A DNA stretch of 63,710 bases, filler included, from Nemertoderma westbladi (taxonomy: Eukaryota > Animalia > Xenacoelomorpha), in assembly GCA_032718475.1 (NCBI GenBank). It is 3 parts of 3 records of this genome, joined end to end, with 100 filler letters (N's around TTAATTAATTAA, not from the genome) between each part and the next. Parts side by side here need not be neighbours in the genome. Positions count along the whole stretch, not along the records: positions 1 to 17,075 come from JAUCBJ010005538.1; positions 17,176 to 36,234 come from JAUCBJ010001671.1; 1 more part is not named here. One strand, written 5' to 3'. The notes below the pieces were generated by a model that searched no databases, was not told the DNA's origin, and saw only the letters and a list, made by a program, of their open reading frames with translations. This document shows positions 13,265 through 24,310 of this stretch, one piece after another. Every line of letters starts with the position of its first letter. The first letter of the stretch is position 1. A program made the position numbers and the translations under genes.

Positions 13265-13966
13265 CTAGAACTCTTTGAGAACTATTGCAATAATAATGAA
13301 CCCAGCCAGCTGACACTTTGCCGTTTGATTGACATTAGCCGAACTGTTATCTGTTGTAGCCGATATGTTTGCCGTTGTTGGTGCCGATGTGGATCTCTCG
13401 TGTTTCCACACCGGGGCTGGGCATGGACCAGTGTCGCAACACTGGGACTGGCAAGTGAAGTTTGTTATTGTGAGATCCTGTTGAAGGTAGTTGTAATAGG
13501 ACATAATACCGAAGAGGTTGGTAGTGAACCGTTTCATGGCTGGATCATCATCTGGGTCAGGTTCAGAATTTGGAAGTACAACTGTTGTCATATAGATGCA
13601 GCCTTCTTCGCCTAGTGGGAGACAATGGAACCGGCGAGCCTCAGGAAAGCATAGGCTTTGTGCTCCCTTAATAGTGACATCATCCTCGTATTCAGCGGAC
13701 CAACCAGTGAATACCCATGATATGACTCCACACCGAACGCAACCAGACCAGACCTTCTCTCTACCTAAATCGTTGCTTTTCAAAAACTTCTCTACTCTGG
13801 CATCATATACATTTTGCAACTCGACATTTTTTGAAGACACCAACCTATTAGTTTCAGTTGGGCATGTGAAGTTCTTCAAAGTTGTGTTGCTGATCTGAGT
13901 AGCTGCTATGTTGAATGTTACTAACAGAACAAAAATAATCACCCATGGAGAGATAAAAGTTGACAT
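13265..13966 (-). CDS. Secreted Cys-rich, probably GPI-anchored protein (Ly6/three-finger-like), single coding exon
   Basis: ATG at 13966 followed by a signal peptide (MSTFISPWVIIFVLLVTFNIAA), ~9 Cys in the ectodomain ending CQSQCCDTGPC, an S/T-rich stalk and a hydrophobic C-terminus. A splice acceptor ttcag lies upstream at ~14012. Confidence 0.7.
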   Translation of the reverse strand: MSTFISPWVIIFVLLVTFNIAATQISNTTLKNFTCPTETNRLVSSKNVELQNVYDARVEKFLKSNDLGREKVWSGCVRCGVISWVFTGWSAEYEDDVTIKGAQSLCFPEARRFHCLPLGEEGCIYMTTVVLPNSEPDPDDDPAMKRFTTNLFGIMSYYNYLQQDLTITNFTCQSQCCDTGPCPAPVWKHERSTSAPTTANISATTDNSSANVNQTAKCQLAGFIIIAIVLKEF

Positions 13967-14459
13967 AACGACATTCCTACACCATGTCCTGGAATATAGT
14001 CTAGCAGTGACCTGAACAGACCACACCCCCCCCCCCCCCCATATGCAATAATTTAGTTACTTTATTGAATAATAAATAATTAAATATTCCATGTGTTTTA
14101 TCGTAATGAAACATTGACCGTGCCCTTTGACCTGTGAGTTAATAATATCAAAATTATTAAGATATTATTAGATATTATAACTTGTATGTGTGTGTGCATA
14201 TAATATCGAAAATACAAATTATGACCTCTCAAAAATTTTTTGGCGCCCGCTTAGATTGGTGCCACTGAGTGCACTGGACCGAACTGTATCAAAAGCATGG
14301 CGATCTAGACAGAACTGAACCACCAAATTACCGATAATCTAAACAACCATCCATGTAGACAGGTGAAAATAAATATTGAATTTTATTTGGTCTTTTCATA
14401 CATTGTAAATTTAGTTGCTTATGAGATGACGCTAAATAAAGGTTACTTGCTTCATGTGA

Positions 14460-14772
14460 CGGGATCCTGTGTTAGCCCCTGGATCCTGTGTTGGCCCTGG
14501 GATCCTGTGTTGGCCCCGTGATCCTGTGTTGTCCCCGGGATCCTGTGTTGGCCCCAGGATCATGTGCTGGCCCCGTGATCCTGTGTTGTCCCCGGGATCC
14601 TGTGTTGGCCCCGGGATCCTGTGTTGGCCCCGGGATCCTGTGTTGGCCCCGGGATCCTGTGTTGGCCCAGGGATCATGTGTTGGCCCCGGGATCCTGTGT
14701 TGGCCCCGGGATCCTGTGTTGGCCCCGGGATCCTGTGTTGGCCCCGGGATCCTGTGTTGGCCTCGGGATCCC
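14460..14772. repeat. 19-bp GC-rich minisatellite, ~16 copies
   Basis: Unit ccgggatcctgtgttggcc. Confidence 0.95.
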
Positions 14773-15417
14773 GACCTTTCGTCTTAGCTAGTGTGGTTTT
14801 CCACTCGCTACCTCAGCTGATATTTTGTTGATGGACTGGTTGTGGCCGTAAGGCCGGTAAAATAAATTGAGTTTATTAGACTGTCTTTGATCTTAATTTG
14901 AATTGATCTTATTGTACTCTATTACCTGTAGCCTACGGTAGTTAGATGCACGGGGTAGCGGTACAAAGTAATGCACACTCTAGAGTGTTAAAATGCCAAC
15001 TGACCGCTAATGCAGAAAGTGGCCTATCTATAGATGATAAACATGGCCACCATTAGATTAACGCACCAATGCTTGCCTACGGGTTGATACAATGCTCCCA
15101 TCCCCATTGGTCGTCCTATAAATCATGCCATGTAGCTATCCCTTGGGCTGAGTTGGCCCTTGGCTTACTGTAGGTGGACGGTCACCTAGCAGCTTGCCCT
15201 GCCCTAGCTACGTCATATCTCCTATTTATCCTGCTGATCTTTTACTTACGGCCAATATTGGTAAATTGGCTTCCCCTCCCATTTTCTGGTTGGAGCACAT
15301 AGCGGACTGAATCCGCTAACACTTCACATAAAATACTGCTGTACTGCATAGGGCTTTATAGATTGCCCCAGGACTTCTAGAACAGGACTTCCAGGTTCTA
15401 GAACAAAATGACTGGTC

Positions 15418-15670
15418 CCGTGAGGACCAGCCAGTGCATAATCTTGTACTTTGGCAGCCTCATGGAGTGAATAAGCATGGTGGACAGCCCATGACTTTCT
15501 TGAGACGCATCTTAAAAGACACTGGCCTTAAAGATGCGGATGATCTAGCAAATGTCATGGGTGATAGGGAGTTGTGGCGGCGCAATTTTGTCGATAAGCC
15601 GGCACAGCACTCTTAAAAATGCAGCTGCAATGCAGCATGCCAATCCTAGTAGTAGTAGTTCTAGTAGTTA
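15418..15670 (+). mobile_element. 5'-truncated RTE-clade LINE 3' end
   Basis: Near-identical to 47049-47295; encodes HNLVLWQPHG; (TAG)n tail. Confidence 0.85.
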
Positions 15671-16471
15671 TAGATTGCAGTATTTAGCGTACCGTACATT
15701 ACAGTACTGCGTACAGTAGTATAGGCCTAGCCTTTATGTAACAAATTCAGAAATGTTACTTTATAAAAATATACTGGTACGGGTTTAATAGTGCAGCACC
15801 CTGTCATTGAGGGCAACTCCTCAACAACCGGCAGACTGCACTGCTGCACAAAATTCTGCAATATATTATACACATGCAGACGTGCGAAAGATAGACTGCT
15901 AAAAGCAGTGCATCAGCTGTGTTAAAAGTAAGAAATCTTAATTTAACGATATTTAAAATGCAACTAAATTTAAAATGCATGGAATGACTATATTAATTTC
16001 AATATTTATTTTCACTTGTCTACAGAGCAGATTATCTTTCATTTGGCGGTCCAGTTCGTCACACTTTCGATCCAGTTCGGTCCAGATTTGTGTAATTATA
16101 GCACTACATTATTATAACTATATTACCAAAAAAAAATTTTAAACAACCTTCAGTTATCGATTGAACCTTGTACCAAAAATTATTCAATTTGGACAATGTT
16201 ACTATTGGTTTTCATTGACTGTTAAATAGAATTTAACATTGGAGGATCAATAGGAAGAATATGGAGAAAGATAACAATTTTTTTTTCTGGATAATACTGT
16301 ATATAAATAAATCACTAAAACTAAATATCAGAAATTCAACTACATTAATTGCGGTACTAACTAATGATTCCTTGATTGTCCGCTTTTCGCGAATACAATC
16401 AGCTGTTGTATATTACCTATCCAACCAATAATGAAATTATCACTTGCTTTTCATTTTCTAATAAATTTCAG

Positions 16472-16660
16472 TTACAAATTGGAAGGCTTTGCAAACCCCG
16501 GTGATTGGCTGCTTGGTAATTACAATCAACTCGGTACGTTCGGTGTTTCATACGACCTAACTAATTGGATAATGATATTAAACCAATTGAATGAACATCC
16601 GAGAGCTATCAGTTCAGAAAACCGAATGGGAATTGTATTCGACTCGTTTATATTAACCAG
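16472..16660 (+). CDS. M1 aminopeptidase exon D (start of ERAP1-like C-terminal domain)
   Basis: tttcag|T…ACCAG|gtatat. WLLGNYNQLGTFGVSYDLTNW…QL…ISSENRMGIVFDSFILTR corresponds to W...N..Q.G.YRVNYD..NW…NR..LI.DAF.LAR. Phases 2/2. Confidence 0.85.
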
Positions 16661-16688
16661 GTATATCAATATTAACTAACCAACTAAC

Positions 16689-17075
16689 TTGTTAGTATTA
16701 AATTAGAGTTAGTTAAAATTGTTAGTATTAAATTAGAGTTAGTTAAAATTGTTAGTATTAAATTAGAGTTAGTTAAAATTGTTAGTGTTAAATTAGAGTT
16801 AGTTAATATTGTTAGTATTAAATTAGAGTTAGTTAAAATTGTTAGTATTAAATTAGAGTTAGTTAAAATTGTTAGTATTAAATTAGAGTTAGTTAAAATT
16901 GTTATTATTAAATTAGAGTTAGTTAAAATTGTTAGTATTAAATTAGAGTTAGTTAAAATTGTTAGTATTAAATTAGAGTTAGTTAAAATTGTTAGTGTTA
17001 AATTAGAGTTAGTTAAAATTGTTAGTATTAAATTAGAGTTAGTTAAAATTGTTAGTATTAAATTAGAGTTAGTTA
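16689..17075. repeat. 30-bp AT-rich satellite, ~13 copies, runs into gap
   Basis: Unit ttgttagtattaaattagagttagttaaaa. Confidence 0.95.
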
Positions 17076-17175
17076 NNNNNNNNNNNNNNNNNNNNNNNNN
17101 NNNNNNNNNNNNNNNNNNNTTAATTAATTAANNNNNNNNNNNNNNNNNNNNNNNNNNNNNNNNNNNNNNNNNNNN
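17076..17175. other. Assembly gap linker N44-TTAATTAATTAA-N44
   Basis: Exactly 100 nt with a six-frame stop insert; identical to 36235-36334. Confidence 0.97.
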
Positions 17176-17342
17176 ACACCAATAGATAAAAATAAGTAAA
17201 ACCAGGAAACTCATGAAACATTGCATATATATAAATCAATTTCATAAAAGTGTTAGTAAGTTAAGTTGATAAGTTTAAGTTTATTTACTACATGGGATAC
17301 AAGCGGGATAAAAGCAATTTAAAATTAAATAATTTATTATAA

Positions 17343-20192
17343 TTATATTTTTGAGAGGTAAAAGGCTTGTCTCAGCGGTGTACTTAGTTTCGGCAGTTTG
17401 GGACATGTCTTGTAATGGTGGGTTTCCGAACACGAGTTATCACACCAATTGCAAACACATAGTGGGCTCGATCTCCAGCAATTTCTTGTCGAGCAGAACT
17501 TGTGATGGTAACCGTTGGCTACCAGTTGGGCTGCGACCCTCCTTCGTACTCCAAACAGACCTTCCAGGTTGATATCCGTTGGGTCGGAGTGCGGGTTATC
17601 TATTTTAGTTAGAATAGCCGAAGTTGATGCGTACTTTGATATACCACACCATTGTTTCCAGTAAAAACCTCTCACTTTTTGAACATGTACTAAATCACTT
17701 ACTTCAATATTACTATCAAAGATGTTACACCCATAAGTTATTGTTGGTATTACAATTGATAACCATAGTAATTTAGCAGTTTCTATAGTAACGCTAGATA
17801 AGCATATCTTGACATTTAAACGTACACAACATGCTAAACCTTTTCTGTATAGATGTTCATAATGATTAGAAGCACCATTTTTAGTGGAAAAGACTACACC
17901 TAGATATTCAAACTTGTTTTGAAATGTTAAATGTACACCATTATATAACAAAATATCGTTACGACAGAGTTTACCGCCTCTTCTAAATTTGACTACTTTA
18001 GTCTTATCAATATTTACCTTTAAATCATTTTGTAAACAATATAAATATAATTTATCTAAGCTTTGTTGAATATCGGATATGCTTGTTCCTACTATAACTA
18101 AATCATCTGCGTATAATAAACACCAGCAGGCTGCTACAATAATAGAACAAGGTAAATCTGAAATAAATAAACTAAAAAGAAGGGGGGACAATTTATCCCC
18201 TTGTAAGACTCCAACCGTTTGTGGTATTGGATCAAGCAAATAGGCACCAATGCAAATTCGTACAAAATTTATGGCTAGAATCGACCATAAAGCTAGCAAA
18301 AACTTTCGGCTAACCCCTAGGCAAGATAATTTGCAAATTAGTTTCTCTCTATTAACCGTATCGAACGCTTTCGAAAAGTCTATAAACACACAGTAAATTG
18401 ACCCTCCACTGACTGATAGCACTGAACCTATGGCATCATAAAGCAATTTTACAGCCATTAGCGTGGAACGGTTCTCCCTGAAACCGTACTGCTCGTCCGG
18501 CAAGATTTGATTTGTTTCCGCCCATGTATATAGACGTCTCGCTAGTATTGCTGTGTAGCATTTCAATTGGTGGCATAGTAGAGCGATGCCCCGATAGTTT
18601 GTGGGTGCCGACTTGGAACCCTTCCCCTTGTAGAGCAATATCAGATAAGCAGACAGCCATATCATTGGACATTGAGCGAATTCGAAGCACATGGTGAACA
18701 GAGTAATTAAATATGGAAGGAGATAAATAAACCCACTAATTAGAGACTCATTACTTATTCCGTCGGGTCCTGTCGCTTTCTTTGGCTTCTGACTGGATAC
18801 CGAATCGATGACTTCTGAGTCTAGAATTTGTGAGTCCAGAGATGGACAGTGTGTGTCCGGCACATCAGGAAATGTGATTGTTGGTTGTTTGGCAGAGAGT
18901 AACAAGGTAAAGTGGTCTACCCAATGTTCCTCAGGAACTTGGTTGCTTACTGGCTTTGGTTGCTGTTTACTTTTCAAAATATTCCAAAACTCGGATTTAT
19001 CTGATTCGCATTTTTCTAGCATTTCGAATTCTTTACTTAACTTATATTGTTTCTTTTTCTTGATAATTAGAAGCTTGTATTTGCGTTTAGCTTGCATATG
19101 CTGCTCTCTAATTGGTTGGTTGTCCGGATTGTCTTGCATCACTCTGAACGAGGATTCCACTTCGCCTTTCATTCGGTAGCAGTCTTTGTCAAACCACAGC
19201 TTGGATCTCCGTTGTTTCGGCGGAATTGCAGCAGTTTGTATCGAGACGTTGATAAGTTCAGATAATTTATCAACACCCATCGTCAACGCCTCCGATATGT
19301 CGGTGGTATGTAGCGTTTCAGCGAGTTTTCCTACATCGATACGCCTAATAGCCGGTTCTCGGCGATCTTTAAGTTCCGTGTGGTTGTTGCCAATGAGAAC
19401 ATTTACTCGCTGGTGTTTCGTGTTATATGTGGGAATAACTGTAATCTCATTGATATTATCCTGGATATTCGAATCAACGAACAACAGATCAATAACACTA
19501 TTCCCATTCCAGCATTGGTAGGTTGGGAGTACCGGGTCATTAATACAGTGTAAGTGGAGCCCAAGTAATCCACAGCAAAGTGTTTCACCTCTATTTGATA
19601 CACCGTCGAGACGACAATTAAAATCACCACCTATAATGATAGGTTTAGAGTTTTTGGATTTGATTGTGTTGATTGTAAATACCATTTCCAAGATAATTTC
19701 TGATACATCTGTGTTCGGTTCATAATAGCAACAAACGAAGTTATACTCTCCACAAATTATTCCTAGAATATTATTGCTACGGAACAGTTCTTTGTGCACA
19801 ACCTTCTTTGCAGCACTAACAGCAATCGTAATACCACCGGTTGGTCTACCTGCACCCTGATTTCTATTGCATGGAATATTGTATGTTTTATATCCTGGAA
19901 TATCAAGATCGTCTTCGAATGTTTCTGTAAGCATCAACACATCAGTCTCGGCAAAAGTATCATCGATAGTTGTTTCTATTGTTGATTTAGCACCCTCCAC
20001 ATTCCATAATATAACTTTCCATGCGAAGGAGTTGTTGGACGGTTTGGGTATCAGTGGAAACGGGAGTGCTTGTAATATTTTATAGTTTTCTGCAGCGTTA
20101 AAACGTAGACAATGTTTATGATGTTTAAGCAGACTTGCCTTATACCTGTAAGGTTTGAGACAACCTGTACATTTTAAAGTAGAGTCTACCAT
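17343..20192 (-). CDS. LINE ORF2: N-terminal zinc finger, APE endonuclease, reverse transcriptase, C-terminal Cys/His motif
   Basis: CTGC-x12-HHKHC; WNVEG, LTET, GGDFN, SVIDL; NYRGIALL, QYGFR, FIDFSKAFD, GVLQGDKLSPLLF, YADD, YLG; C-terminal CNWC…ETHHY..CP. Confidence 0.95.
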   Translation of the reverse strand: MVDSTLKCTGCLKPYRYKASLLKHHKHCLRFNAAENYKILQALPFPLIPKPSNNSFAWKVILWNVEGAKSTIETTIDDTFAETDVLMLTETFEDDLDIPGYKTYNIPCNRNQGAGRPTGGITIAVSAAKKVVHKELFRSNNILGIICGEYNFVCCYYEPNTDVSEIILEMVFTINTIKSKNSKPIIIGGDFNCRLDGVSNRGETLCCGLLGLHLHCINDPVLPTYQCWNGNSVIDLLFVDSNIQDNINEITVIPTYNTKHQRVNVLIGNNHTELKDRREPAIRRIDVGKLAETLHTTDISEALTMGVDKLSELINVSIQTAAIPPKQRRSKLWFDKDCYRMKGEVESSFRVMQDNPDNQPIREQHMQAKRKYKLLIIKKKKQYKLSKEFEMLEKCESDKSEFWNILKSKQQPKPVSNQVPEEHWVDHFTLLLSAKQPTITFPDVPDTHCPSLDSQILDSEVIDSVSSQKPKKATGPDGISNESLISGFIYLLPYLITLFTMCFEFAQCPMIWLSAYLILLYKGKGSKSAPTNYRGIALLCHQLKCYTAILARRLYTWAETNQILPDEQYGFRENRSTLMAVKLLYDAIGSVLSVSGGSIYCVFIDFSKAFDTVNREKLICKLSCLGVSRKFLLALWSILAINFVRICIGAYLLDPIPQTVGVLQGDKLSPLLFSLFISDLPCSIIVAACWCLLYADDLVIVGTSISDIQQSLDKLYLYCLQNDLKVNIDKTKVVKFRRGGKLCRNDILLYNGVHLTFQNKFEYLGVVFSTKNGASNHYEHLYRKGLACCVRLNVKICLSSVTIETAKLLWLSIVIPTITYGCNIFDSNIEVSDLVHVQKVRGFYWKQWCGISKYASTSAILTKIDNPHSDPTDINLEGLFGVRRRVAAQLVANGYHHKFCSTRNCWRSSPLCVCNWCDNSCSETHHYKTCPKLPKLSTPLRQAFYLSKI

Positions 20193-20246
20193 AGAGATTC
20201 GTAGCGGAGGCTGCGGAGTTTCGGTCAGTTTTCGTGGTTCAGAGCG

Positions 20247-21002
20247 TCATTCCACATGATCCCGTCGAGGGAGATGGACCCCTTGGTACGCCGAACGGGG
20301 ACGGAGTCCAAACGCAGCCCTCTCCTCTTCAGATAGTTTGTAATTTCGAATAGTCATACCTTGGCTCCAGAGGGAGGGATCCATTAGAATTCCTCGTTTA
20401 TCTTGTTTACACACAAGGTGGAAACTTATGAACATTGAATCATCTCTTGGTTGTATCGGAATAACCTCGTCGAAACTGATATTCTCTGCCGTCAAGTGGT
20501 CAATTATGTTCTCTTTTGTAACGGAGGGATGGAGTCGTCCAATATGGATGTGCGCCTGTCGTTCCGCATCGGAAATGGAGGGCGGCGGTTCCGCAACGCG
20601 TAGTGGTCCATCCTGCCTCGTTCCAATAATGGCAGAGGGACGGCGGTTGAATGGGGCGGTGTGCGGTGTGAGAGTGTCAGGCGCCTGTGCCCGGCGTCGG
20701 AGTTCATCGGGATTTGAAACGGCTGATCTTGGGTTGCTTACAGCTTCACTATAAGTTGGTTTCTGGGATTTCTGGTTTATCGCGCGAAGTTGATCCGTAC
20801 GGTCTATTATCTCATTCTTAGCAATTATTGTTTCTTCATGCGCACTGTTCAGCCTTGCAATAGTTATTGTGTACAGGGAAGTCATTGACATTAGGATATC
20901 TACGAAGGCTTTTTCTTCGTCGTTGGTTACGTTTTTCTTCGTTTTGATAGTTCGCAGCATTGAAACCGCGTCGTTCTGGAGTTTAATAAACTCTTCCGCC
21001 AT
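20247..21002 (-). CDS. LINE ORF1 (helical/coiled-coil N-terminus plus RRM-like C-terminus)
   Basis: Lies directly upstream of ORF2. IHIGRL…SFHL…LMDPSLWSQGMTIRNY is an RRM-like ORF1 pattern. Homologous to 26929-27777. Confidence 0.85.
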   Translation of the reverse strand: MAEEFIKLQNDAVSMLRTIKTKKNVTNDEEKAFVDILMSMTSLYTITIARLNSAHEETIIAKNEIIDRTDQLRAINQKSQKPTYSEAVSNPRSAVSNPDELRRRAQAPDTLTPHTAPFNRRPSAIIGTRQDGPLRVAEPPPSISDAERQAHIHIGRLHPSVTKENIIDHLTAENISFDEVIPIQPRDDSMFISFHLVCKQDKRGILMDPSLWSQGMTIRNYKLSEEERAAFGLRPRSAYQGVHLPRRDHVE

Positions 21003-22007
21003 AGTACAGTAGTAATTATGTATTATAAAATCAATAATAAAATATATAAAATTACACGGCAGACCGGTATTCTGCAGTGTACTAGTGATACAGTTGCTGA
21101 ATGCAGGAATGGCTTGCCTACAACAGAATGTCAGTATTCAAATGATAAATTAAGTTTTTAAACCTCTAAACAAAAATTTGGTGTTTGTCACAATTAACAA
21201 TTTAATTAAGATTTGTAGAAATTAGCAGGGGGGCAGGGGGGGGGGGGGGGGGGTGTGGGTCATGTGATATTGAATTACGACACTATATTCCTGGGGCATT
21301 GTGTATAAGGGTCTTCAACATTAAGGCCGGTTTACACGTGGCAACTTTTTGATTGTATTTTTATTAAAACATCGCGAAAATATCATTTACAATTTATTTT
21401 ACTAGCTTTCACCACCTAAAATACATTGTATGTAATAGTATCACATATTATTACCAGTTTAATTTAAGGGGGGGGGGGGGGTACTATGGCTTGGTAGTAA
21501 ACATTTTGTAATGCATACTGCTCAAAAAGCGAATAAGTAGAAATAATGCGTGTGATACATTTTGGGTGGACTAATATGGAATTATTTATTAATTATAATA
21601 TAATACGTCTATTTATGTTGTAGAATCATATAGTATGGTTTAATTAACAATATATTATTACATTTTTACTATAACTTGAATATGAAACCGATAACCGGTA
21701 GCACATCATATCTACCAGCCTCCTTTATACATGCTGCACTCCACCCCAAGGACACCGTCAAACAACTTAATTGCAAGCGAAAATGGAGCTTTAAGGATAC
21801 ATTTTAATAAGATTATTAATTTTATTATAAATGACGAAAGACCGTTATTGCAATGGTAGCACTCAATAAATAAATTATTCAATACAATTATTATACTAAA
21901 TAATACATACATGATGATGTCTTTATTAGCAAAAGTTGTATAAAATTTCTTAAAGTTACATAAAAACTCGTAAATTTTATACAAACATTAATTAGTACAC
22001 AAAGTAA

Positions 22008-22135
22008 TTAATTACCCTATTTATCCTATTGGATATACTAATAATTACCCTATTGTAATATTATCCTATTGGATATACTAATAATTACCCTATTGTAATA
22101 TTATCCTATTGGATATACTAATAATTACCCTATTG
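22008..22135. repeat. ~40-bp tandem repeat, ~3 copies
   Basis: taattaccctattgtaatattatcctattggatatactaa. Confidence 0.85.
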
Positions 22136-22532
22136 GAATTTATATAACTTGTGACAATTTTTATACAACCTTTACTAAGCGAACGAGAATGATGTTTAAT
22201 AATATCAAGTTATCAATGGGAATGTTATAATATATTTTATTCTTTTATCTTCATGGCGGTAATGAAACTCTTTAAAATTAATCAATAAATACCGTACTAT
22301 CTGAAGTACAAGAAGTATCAATTATCACCGTATCACCAAAAACTAAAATGGGCCTATTGTTGAAGTAAAATAATGCATAAAGAATAATACATATATCATC
22401 ATCAATATAGCTTGCATTAATAACCCATTGAAAACTCTTGCAGTGAGTTTAAAAATATTTAAATAATTAATTTATAAGTTAAATATTTGAGAATCACTTA
22501 TAACATTTTTTTTTTTGGGGAGATAATTGTAT

Positions 22533-23963
22533 TTAATCTTTGACAGTCTTTTTTTCAGCTTCTTGGTAATATTTCACGACCTTGTGGTTTCTATCTTGAT
22601 CGTGGGTTTGTGAGACCGTCTCCAGGTTGACACTCTTGGATAGACTGGTAACGCTTTGAGTGTGGGTGACGACCTGTGGAGAGTCTAACTTCCGGGTAAC
22701 CCGTTTATAAACCGTGAAACTAACAACCAATAAAAAAGCGACGGCGTTTGTCAAAGTCGGGAATAATGTTGCCGTGGGAAACGAGCAAAAATGATGGAGT
22801 AGACCACCTACGGTGATCCCGAAGACTTCTCCCAGAGAGATCACGAATAACAACGCCTCTATTTGTATCAAGTGTTTAACAGCGCCGTAGAAAGCGCCCA
22901 AACCAACACCCAAGGCCAATAGGCTGCCGAGAACGAGCCACAACTTAGGACTATTCGACACGAAACTCATAGGAGCAATGAACACACAGCTGGCGGTGGT
23001 CATTAGCATTCCGAAGATCATCAATATGTTGCGATTGCTGATACGTTGAGTCTCCTTGCCGTGGTACATATAGAACACCGTGGTACCACAGAAAGGAACT
23101 ACTAGGGCAGAGAATAGGAGACCAGTAGTCCATATCTTCGTTTGTAACATCGTTATGGAAAAGGCAGCGAAGTTTGTTAGCATAAAACCTTGAGCAATGG
23201 CGACGTTACCGATAGAAGCAACGATTAATTGGTTATTTTCTGTAAAAAATTCTTTAAATTTCCAACGACTAGTTATGGTGGAGCTAATGGAGGTTGGGAG
23301 GAGGTAGAAGCATACGGCCGCTAGGCCAGACGTGATCACTGTAAATATCGCGCAGGAGAGATAAAAATCGATTTGAGCTAATTCAGCTCCCGCAATAAAT
23401 CCTACACCGGTGCCTAAAGAAATCATGAGACATATGTATCCGTTAAATGTTGGCTCCAACGCATGTGGTCGCACTGCCTTCGACATTAAAATAGCGCAAG
23501 TGACAACAGCAGCTTTAAATAGACCAAGAATTGCTCGCAAACATACCCCGGTTGTTAGAAACAACCAATATATCCCGATGTATTTTAACGATCCGATCAC
23601 GAATATAACCGCTGCGGATCCTGCTAAAGAAATCACTAGAACCAATCGGATTAGTTGCGATGGCATATACCTAATTAATATCGGTAGACTAATGGTTTCT
23701 ATGAGGGGTCCGCTTGCGAATATTATCGATGTTTCTAGAACTCCTGTTTGTCTTGTGTTAGAGTTCGTGAAGACGGAGAATAGGCTAGGATAGATGAAGC
23801 TGGAATCTAACCAAACCGTTAGGATACATACGAATACTAGAGCGTCTGTTCGTTTGGTTACTAAGGCTATCAAATCGTCCGCCACTGATATCGCCCTTTG
23901 GTCTCCTTGATCTGAAAACAGCAAATTATATGAAGTCCGACAACATTTACTTAAGTGGGTCAT
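22533..23963 (-). CDS. Major facilitator superfamily transporter (SLC18B1-like, divergent)
   Basis: 476-aa ORF with ~11-12 hydrophobic segments, R.ILG in TM4 and G..VG...G in TM5. The true 5' end may splice at the acceptor ttttcag near 23912. Confidence 0.75.
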   Translation of the reverse strand: MTHLSKCCRTSYNLLFSDQGDQRAISVADDLIALVTKRTDALVFVCILTVWLDSSFIYPSLFSVFTNSNTRQTGVLETSIIFASGPLIETISLPILIRYMPSQLIRLVLVISLAGSAAVIFVIGSLKYIGIYWLFLTTGVCLRAILGLFKAAVVTCAILMSKAVRPHALEPTFNGYICLMISLGTGVGFIAGAELAQIDFYLSCAIFTVITSGLAAVCFYLLPTSISSTITSRWKFKEFFTENNQLIVASIGNVAIAQGFMLTNFAAFSITMLQTKIWTTGLLFSALVVPFCGTTVFYMYHGKETQRISNRNILMIFGMLMTTASCVFIAPMSFVSNSPKLWLVLGSLLALGVGLGAFYGAVKHLIQIEALLFVISLGEVFGITVGGLLHHFCSFPTATLFPTLTNAVAFLLVVSFTVYKRVTRKLDSPQVVTHTQSVTSLSKSVNLETVSQTHDQDRNHKVVKYYQEAEKKTVKD

Positions 23964-24149
23964 TTAACATTAAGGAATATGATACTAATAAAATAAAACA
24001 GACATTGTTTCAGTTTCAATACTTTATAAAACTATTAATTACATGAAAAAACAAATTGACCTTTATTACCCAATGTCCCATTATTGACCTGCTCGCTGAT
24101 GTAGCCTTGTTTTCGATTCAACTGTAATCCGCAGCGACTTACATACGCC

Positions 24150-24310
24150 GGCCACAACACTAGGATACACGTTCGCAATCAACCAACACCAACAACCACC
24201 AAGAATCATCTCGCCTGTCGGCTGCCATAGAATAGGATGATGCACAGACGGATCAGGTGTACCATAGCAGTGGCCAGCAAGTCGTCTCCGTAGTGCTTGC
24301 AGGGTGGTGC
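24150..24310 (-). mobile_element. Old RTE-like LINE C-terminal fragment
   Basis: LRRRLAGHCYGTPDPSVHHPILWQPTG resembles RLRFAGHCFRREDQPVHNLVLWQPHG of the RTE at 46174-47304. Confidence 0.55.

Larger units (their letters stand above)
17255..21100 (-). mobile_element. Near-full-length APE-type LINE, RTEX-like
   Basis: ORF1 and ORF2 both open. The 3' UTR ends in aataaacttaaactt-type repeats near 17260-17285. The 5' boundary is approximate. Confidence 0.85.

Noticed and set aside
17076-17175. TTAATTAATTAA palindrome flanked by Ns, repeated at 36235-36334
   Set aside because: Artificial scaffolding linker, not biology.
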